DNA of 17,445 nucleotides from Rhodospirillales bacterium (GTDB lineage Bacteria > Pseudomonadota > Alphaproteobacteria > Bin95). The notes under the pieces are model-generated. The model saw only the letters and a list, made by a program, of their open reading frames with translations. It searched no databases and was not told the DNA's origin. The DNA is taken from assembly GCA_038143065.1 (NCBI GenBank), contig JAYQLI010000031.1, forward strand, positions 1 through 17,445. Direction: 5' to 3'. Position numbers and translations under genes: made by a program. Every line of letters begins with the position of its first letter. Positions within the stretch are counted from its first letter, which is position 1. Positions 12,055 through 17,445 of the stretch are shown one piece after another.

Positions 12055-12432
12055 TCAAAGCGTCCAGCATTGGACAGTCTGCGGTGCCGTCATCGCAGTT
12101 CTTGGAGAGCTCAAGAGCGCTTCTCTGAGGCGCATAAGGTTCTCAATCTTCGCGTTTATCTCACCCAAATGGTTCTCGGCCATGGTTCTCACCTCACCAC
12201 AGGATCGGTCATACTGCGGAGTGAGGGATAAAAAGGTCTGTATGTTCGAGATCGGAAAACCCAGATCGCGACACCGGCGCACGAACCTGAGTTTGGCGAT
12301 TTCGTCGGACGAGTATAACCGACGCCCACCAGCGGAGCGTCCGGGCTTTGGGACAATCCCCTCTCGTTCATAGTAGCGGATCGTTTCGATGTTCACGCCG
12401 CTTTGTTCCGACGCTTTGCCGATGGTGAACAT
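12055..12432 (-). CDS. merR: MerR family metal-responsive regulator
   Basis: Motifs: MFTIGKASEQSGVNIETIRYYEREGI, GRRLY, LRFVRRCRDLGF, DRSCGEV. The C-terminal CDDGTADCP lies in an adjacent frame, so the 3' end is approximate. Divergent from merT. Confidence 0.88.
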   Translation of the reverse strand: MFTIGKASEQSGVNIETIRYYEREGIVPKPGRSAGGRRLYSSDEIAKLRFVRRCRDLGFPISNIQTFLSLTPQYDRSCGEVRTMAENHLGEINAKIENLMRLREALLSSPRTAMTAPQTVQCWTL

Positions 12433-12437
12433 TTTGC

Positions 12438-12468
12438 TTGCTCCTGTAGTCACTACAGGAAGTAGAAA
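12438..12468 (+). promoter_or_regulatory. MerR-type promoter/operator for merT-merF-GDCCVxC
   Basis: -35 TTGCTC (12438), 19-bp spacer, -10 TAGAAA (12463). Perfect dyad TCCTGTAGT-C-ACTACAGGA at 12442-12460. Confidence 0.88.
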
Positions 12469-12474
12469 AGCAAA

Positions 12475-12861
12475 ATGGATTTGAATGCAAATCAACAACC
12501 GGTCGCGAACTCTGGCGTTGCTTCCAAGCTTGTGATGCCCTTCGCAGCACTTCTGGCGCTGTTGTCGGCGTCGTGCTGTGTTTTGCCTATCGGCCTTTCG
12601 ATACTGGGCCTAGGTGGTTCATGGCTCGCCATGCTCGGGCCATTCGTCGCTTACCGGGACTTCATTCTTGTCGGCGTCGCGATTGCACTCGTTTGGGCAT
12701 GGTATCGGGTGCTTCGGCGCAGGCCATGTGCAACGCGCAGGCAGTCCACAATCGTCTGGACTACAGTCGCGTCCATCGCCTTTCTGGTCGCGCTATCTTC
12801 GCCCATGTGGGAGGCGTCTGCACAGCGTTTTATGTGGGATTTGCGGAGATCGACACAATGA
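12475..12861 (+). CDS. merT: MerT-family mercuric ion transport protein
   Basis: Intact 128-aa ORF with LSASCCVLPIGLSILGLGGSWL…PFVAYR, three TM segments and a loop Cys. Confidence 0.85.
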   Translation: MDLNANQQPVANSGVASKLVMPFAALLALLSASCCVLPIGLSILGLGGSWLAMLGPFVAYRDFILVGVAIALVWAWYRVLRRRPCATRRQSTIVWTTVASIAFLVALSSPMWEASAQRFMWDLRRSTQ

Positions 12862-13060
12862 AGAACAAACTATTGGCCCTAGAGTGGGTGGCACGATCTT
12901 GGCCGCGCTCTGTTGCTTCACACCGTTACTGCCGGTCGTACTGACTGCGCTTGGTCTGACGGGCTTGCTTGGTGTCGTCTACAGCGATGCGATCTTGCCG
13001 ATATTGGCCGGATTTCTAATTCTGATAGGGTACGCTATGGCGACAGAAGAAACAAAAGCC
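12858..13060 (+). CDS. merF: MerF-family mercury transport protein (frameshifted in read; 3' end uncertain)
   Basis: ATGA overlap with merT. Joined frames read MKNKLLAL-VGGTILAALCCFTPLLPVVLTALGLTGLLG…DAILPILAGFLILIGYA-WRQKKQK. Confidence 0.8.
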
Positions 13061-13262
13061 GTGCTGCAATCTACTCTCACATGTCCAAATTGTGGACACG
13101 CTGAGACCAGACTATGCCGACAGATGCTTGCCAGTGGTTCTATGAATGCAAATCATGTCAGACCGTCTTGAAACCGCTTGAGGGGGAGATTGCTGCGTCT
13201 ATTGTTCTTACGCAACTGTTCCATGCCCACCGATTCAAAAAGGTAAGTCCTGCTGCCCCTAG
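13037..13262 (+). CDS. GDCCVxC-domain small Cys-rich protein (frameshifted in read)
   Basis: Joined frames read MATEETKAVLQSTLTCPNCGHAET-TMPTDACQWFYECKSCQTVLKPLEGDCCVYCSYATVPCPPIQKGKSCCP*. Confidence 0.85.
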
Positions 13263-13328
13263 GGGCGATTCAGGCCTCGCGCAGCTGAAGGGTCAACGAA
13301 CCTCCGAAAAGCTTCTTAGCGAGGCGGC

Positions 13329-13875
13329 TCAGATAAAACGACGGGTTGACGCCATATACTCGTCAAAATCAGACCCGTATTGCTTCTTGAGCCACGGTTC
13401 TTCCGCGAATGGCGCAGCTACCAAAACCAAGATCGAAGCCGTTCCAACAATGAGCGTTGTTGGTGTTGCAGTAAGGATCAACCAACCTCCTACAATCGCG
13501 ATATCGGCCATGTACTGAGGATTGCGAGTAGCGATACATGCCAGCGGTCCTCAGCGTGCCTTTCGCGCCGCCCGTTTGTGGCACCCGAAATGCGAGACTT
13601 CAAACCAGACTACGATATTGCCGAACACAATGAGCGGTATCCCAACCCCGAAACGCAGCCAGGTGGGAAACGCCAGATCACCCCAGCCCAAGACGCCAAG
13701 CATGATCAGAATGCCAAACAACGAAAACGTTGGCACCCAGACCAGAATTGGTGTGATCGACGTAGCGCTTGGGTGGCCAGATACGACGCGCGGGGAAAGC
13801 GATTGACCAAAGGATCGAAGCAAGTGTCACCGCAGCAATTCCCAGACCTAAGTAAATCAAGATGACTTCTATCAT
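13329..13875 (-). CDS. Isoprenylcysteine carboxyl methyltransferase / PEMT-like membrane protein (frameshifted in read)
   Basis: MIEVILIYLGLG…RRIWPP…LRTAGMYRYS-NPQYMADIAIVGGW…PFAEEPWLKKQYGSDFDEYMASTRRFI. The G-Y-Y-S-R-N-P-Q-Y and EE-L---YG--Y----RF patterns are family hallmarks. Confidence 0.8.
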
Positions 13876-14787
13876 TATCTGTCTCTCATGCCCATAGAGC
13901 TGCGCCCATCGTGTGCATTCCCCGATCCTCCACTCCGAGAGTGGAGTGCTGGATGCCGAACTTTTCGGCGAGGGCGCGCTTTCACTGCCGCTTTGATCCT
14001 TTCGCCCGACGCGCCACCGAGCCGCGTCACGACATGGCAATCCACGCGTCGTTCTCTTCCATCTGCCACAGATGAACGTGAGCTGGACATCATGGACCCC
14101 GTCGACCTCCCTGATTGCAGCAGCAACGGCATCATTGTCGATGTCGGGTGGGCTACCTAGCATCAGGATGCCGGATGGGTTTGCCGATTTCAGTGAAGGC
14201 GAGATAAAGTAGGTAGAGCGCGATGCCGATCGTGATCGCCGGATCGACCCACCACATGTTATAGAGCAGGATGAGCGAGCCGCCGATAATTACGGCAACC
14301 AGAAACTGCCGTCTGACGGGGCTATCAGGAAGAGCGCCGGATGTTCACGCTGCCCTTTGCATGGAATAGTCGTTCAGCGCTATTGGCGTGTCTACGGCAG
14401 CGCCACCGATCCCAGGATCACCACGGTCCAACCGGCCACTTCGGTCAGTTCGATCATGCGCATTCCGCCCTCGTAGATGAGATAGAACCCAACGAGGATG
14501 AGGGTGGTAGTTGATCAAGGCAGCCACAACTTCGATCCGGCCATAGCCGAATTTTCATGCGCCCGTCCGCAGGGCGTCTTGCGATTTTTCCGAGCTGCAA
14601 AAGCGATCACCAAGGATGCCATGTCGGAGAAATTGTGCAGAGCATCCGCAATAAGCGCGAGGCTGCCCGACAAGATCCCGCCGACGATCTGCGCGACCGT
14701 CAGAAGTGCGTTGGCCCAGATCGCGATTGAGACACGGCGGTCCCCTGACGCGGGATCAATATGCGCGTGACCGTTATCATGAGGCAT
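13875..14787 (-). CDS. Cation diffusion facilitator (CzcD/ZitB-like) transporter (heavily frameshifted in read)
   Basis: MPHDNGHAH…AQIVGGILSGSLALIADALHNFSD…AALIN…WVDPAITIGIALY…LGSPPDID…IREVDGVHDV. The central region 14160-14500 is very noisy. Confidence 0.85.
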
Positions 14788-15550
14788 GACGCGATTCCTC
14801 GTGTTTATGATTGGGCAACGCCAAGCCAGGTATTTGCGGCACATTGCCTGATCTGATCCGGCGCACGCGGGCGTTCATCAATGGCGGACTATATGGCGAT
14901 ACAATATGCCTTTTACGAAGCTAAACGACTGCTGATGAGCGGCGTAGAATTCGTCGGGCGCGTCGAAAATACCAAAGTCCTGGGCAATACCGGTTTCTTG
15001 GATGTAGGTATCGCCACCCGTCCACTCTCTACAGGGAGCCTGCAGGCAGTCGGTGCCTGCCCCGTAACCGCAGAGGCTGGGTGAATCGGTAAATGTGGAT
15101 TGGAGCGCCGATAGAAACTCTGCATCCAGAATAAACCCTTCGAGGTTCGCCCAACCCGTCTCGGTCTGCACCTCAACCCATGAGTGGATTAGATCTCATT
15201 GGGGGGAGGGGGTAGACGATTTCTGGCACAACACCCCGCTGCATTTCTTTTGTGGATCGTGAACCCGTGAAGGCGGCACCGCACACCGACCGCGCGCAAC
15301 AAAGCCATAAGTAACGTGCCCTTGGTATTGCATTGACCAAAACCGTCAGCGAGTACGCCTGCCGCCGGGATATCGTCTGCGCGGTTACCTAAAGGCAACT
15401 TCGTTGCGGACGAAATCGTAGACCGCGCCGATCCGGTCATGCTGAAAAGGGCTTTCCACCCTCGGTCCTCGATCAGTTGTGCAATCGACGGGTGGTTGAA
15501 GTTCAGGATTGGGTTGCTGCTAACAACGGATCATCAGCGCTCATTTTCAT
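14777..15550 (-). CDS. Transglutaminase-like domain protein (frameshifted in read)
   Basis: RBS GAGGAG. MKMSADDPLL…NFNHPSIAQL…VYDFVRNE…ADDIPAAGVLADGFGQCNTKGTLLMALLRAVGVRCRLHGF…IHSWVEV…WANLEGFILD. The stop overlaps the CDF start. Confidence 0.8.
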
Positions 15551-15583
15551 CTCCTCGAATCGCCTTTGAGATAGATGTAATTG

Positions 15584-15607
15584 CTACACCAGTGACTTTA
15601 GGTTCAA
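15584..15607 (-). promoter_or_regulatory. Degenerate MerR-type promoter/operator for the transglutaminase-CDF operon
   Basis: Minus strand reads TTGAACCTAAAGT-C-ACTGGTGT. It has the same -35 as the 16183 promoter and the same AGT-C-ACT core as the 12442 operator. The -10 is unclear. Confidence 0.5.
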
Positions 15608-15648
15608 GGGTTCTTTTCGTTTTGGTAGCTTGAGAGCCGTGGAAACGG

Positions 15649-16078
15649 TTAAGCCCCAATTTCATCGTGGTCGGTCAGACACTCTGAGTGATCGCGCAAG
15701 ACCTCGAGAACCTTGCAGTCCGCCGTATTGCCTCCGCTGCATTCGTGGATCATGCGCTTCAACTCTGTGCGTAGCGCTTTCAGCCGATCCATCCTTAGTT
15801 CTACCTGTTTGAGTTGCCGCCGGGCGATGGAATCCGCCTCATGGCAGGAGCGGTCGGGATTATCACTGAGATCCGAGAAGCTCGCGGATCGCTTCAAAGG
15901 GGAAACCCCAACTGGCGTGCGTGCCGGATAAAAGGACAAGGGTCAACTTCCCGCATCCCGTAGCGCCGCTGCCGCCTTCGGTGCGACCTGGTTCGAGCAT
16001 CAGGCCGATCTGTTCGTAATACCGGACAGTCTGAACTTTTGTTCCGGTCTTCTTTCCCAAACTTCCAATTGTCAGCAT
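15649..16078 (-). CDS. MerR family regulator, Cd/Pb/Zn-responsive type (frameshifted in read)
   Basis: MLTIGSLGKKTGTKVQTVRYYEQIGLM…DLSDNPDRSCHEADSIAR…HECSGGNTADCKVLEVLRDHSECLTDH. Three conserved Cys plus a His/Cys tail. RBS GGAGG. Confidence 0.9.
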
Positions 16079-16182
16079 GTGACCTCCATATCTATAGCGT
16101 TGGTAGCTATAGCTATTGGCATCCGCAAGCCAGCACGGTAATCACAGATCCGTGACACGCTGCCGCAATGCCGAAATACAAC

Positions 16183-16213
16183 TTGAACCTCTAGCAGCTA
16201 GAACATTTAGAAC
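16183..16213 (+). promoter_or_regulatory. MerR-type promoter/operator for sco-dsbB-dsbA
   Basis: -35 TTGAAC (16183), 19-bp spacer, -10 TAGAAC (16208). Dyad TCTAGC-A-GCTAGA at 16190-16202. Confidence 0.82.
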
Positions 16214-16250
16214 GCTTTAAAAATGGGCGGAATCGGGCGCAATACAACCA

Positions 16251-16849
16251 ATGAAATTTTCTACGTTACAAAAAATGCTTTGGGGACTTACCGCGATCGT
16301 GGCTGTTTGGGTTCCATTTTTTTGCAGGTTTCTATCAGAGAGGAACAGCGCGCTGATGCGCCCGCGTTCCAAGCCGACTTCGAACTGACCGATCACCGAG
16401 GCATAGTTCAGACGGACGAAGATTTCGCGGGGCGCTGGTTGCTCGTCTTCTTCGGCTTTGCGAATTGCCCCGATGTGTGCCCCACGACTATGGCCGAGGT
16501 TGCCGCCGTCATGGATGCGCTCGGCTCTGACGCGGCCCAAGTCCAGCCTCTCTTTATTTCAATTGATCCCGAACGTGATACGCCCGAACAACTCGCAGAG
16601 TTCGTACCGGCGTTTGGCGCAAACATCATTGGGCTGACCGGTACGGCCAATCAGATCAAGCGAACATCTGAAACCTTCCGTGTGTACTTTGAGAAAATCG
16701 AGGAAGCGGCATCGCCCGACGGATACACGATGGGGCATTCGTCTCAGCTGTTCCTCTTTGATCCGCAAGGCGGATATGTGGGGGCGTGGGTCTACGGCAC
16801 ACCGGCAGAGGAAATCCTTGCCGATCTGAAGGCGCGGATGTCGATATGA
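16251..16849 (+). CDS. SCO1/SenC family copper chaperone
   Basis: Motifs: FELTDHRG, FFGFANCPDVCP (CxxxC), FISIDPERDTPE, GLTG, YTMGHSS. The likely true start is ATG 16251 (MKFSTLQKMLWGLTAIVAVW, membrane anchor) with one frameshift into ORF 16223-16849. Confidence 0.92.
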
Positions 16850-16857
16850 GACGGGTG

Positions 16858-17273
16858 ATGTCAAAAAGAGACGGCTTTGACCGCCGCGTGGATCGTCGCT
16901 TTGGGGAGTTCGCTGGCCGTGCTCTTTATAGGTGAGGTTCTGGGGCAGGCTCCGTGCAATCTGTGCTGGTTTCAGCGTGCGTTTATGTTCCCTCTGGCCG
17001 TCGTGTTGGGCCTCGGTCTCTGGTGGGATGATCACCGGGTCGGTCGCTACGGTGTTGCCGCTCGCCCTTGGTGGGGCCGCCATCGCACTCTGGCATCTGG
17101 GCCTTTATATCGGGCTCCTCCCGGAGCGTATCCAACCCTGCACTGCGACCGGTCCGTCCTGCACCGATGACAATCAGGTCTTCCTCAGCGTCCCAATCCC
17201 ACTTTTGTCGTTGGTCGCCTTTGGGCTGATCGCGATCCTGTCCATTTTCTCCCTGAAGGAGCAGCGCACATGA
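16858..17273 (+). CDS. dsbB: Disulfide bond formation protein B (DsbB/BdbC-like; one frameshift)
   Basis: PCNLCWFQRAFMFPL, a second Cys pair PCTATGPSC, and four TM segments. ORFs 16877-17170 + 16932-17273. Confidence 0.88.
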
Positions 17274-17445
17274 AAAACAAATCAGTCGTTCTATCGGTCC
17301 TAATCGTTGGCCTTGCGATCTTTGCCGCCGCCGTTTGGTACCAAACCCGCCCTGCGCCGGTTGCTCAGGTCGAACCTGTCCAGCCCGAAATTGCAGAGGC
17401 ACTGATCCGGTCCTACTCTCCTATCCTTGGCCCCGAAGAGGCCCC
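17270..17445 (+). CDS. DsbA/BdbD-like thioredoxin-fold protein, 5' part (runs off window)
   Basis: ATGA overlap with dsbB. MKNKSVVLSVLIVGLAIFAAAVWYQ…LIRSYSPILGPEEAP: an N-terminal anchor plus the SP-LG---AP motif that normally precedes the DsbA domain. The CxxC is not within the window. Confidence 0.7.
   Translation, partial: MKNKSVVLSVLIVGLAIFAAAVWYQTRPAPVAQVEPVQPEIAEALIRSYSPILGPEEA

Noticed and set aside
12614-13171. Apparent MerF-GDCCVxC fusion (and the similar CDF-methyltransferase fusion in ORF 13678-14163)
   Set aside because: Best explained by frameshift errors at overlapping gene junctions. It cannot be supported without polished sequence.
13037-13262. Selenoprotein or selenium-utilisation link (GDCCVxC '(seleno)protein' plus 'selenium-binding' protein)
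   Set aside because: All Cys codons are TGC/TGT with no in-frame TGA. The SBP56 name is historical and does not imply selenium metabolism here.
16251-16849. SCO protein as the maturation partner of the SBP56, as in canonical mtoX-sco-mauG operons
   Set aside because: It lies ~9 kb away in a different repeat-delimited module under a MerR promoter and is predicted to face the periplasm, while the SBP56 appears cytoplasmic.

Overview
This is an accessory, genomic-island-like window, most likely from a marine alphaproteobacterium (a Roseobacter/Rhodobacteraceae-like gene set; this is inference). Almost every gene carries several 1-nt frameshifts, consistent with uncorrected long-read errors, so genes were rebuilt by joining ORF fragments and many boundaries are approximate. 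There are three functional modules. (1) 378-5094: EamA/DMT transporter, a Pho-box-preceded orphan pstS, and the arsenate-resistance pair gapdh-arsJ. (2) 5338-11578: a signal-peptide-less SBP56/SELENBP1-family protein (methanethiol-oxidase family) with a His-rich membrane partner and an IclR regulator. These are divergent from an operon encoding glutathione-dependent formaldehyde dehydrogenase, persulfide dioxygenase and sulfide:quinone oxidoreductase, which dispose of two products of methanethiol oxidation (HCHO and H2S). (3) 12055-17445: a heavy-metal region with merR, merT, merF, a GDCCVxC protein, a transglutaminase-CDF-methyltransferase operon, a second MerR, and sco-dsbB-dsbA. Module borders carry copies of one ~56-58 bp palindromic repeat (162-217, 5191-5248, diverged at 11754-11810, fragments at 1338 and 11663). 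The best candidates for something new are the cytoplasmic-type methanethiol catabolism module and the repeat-delimited cassette architecture.
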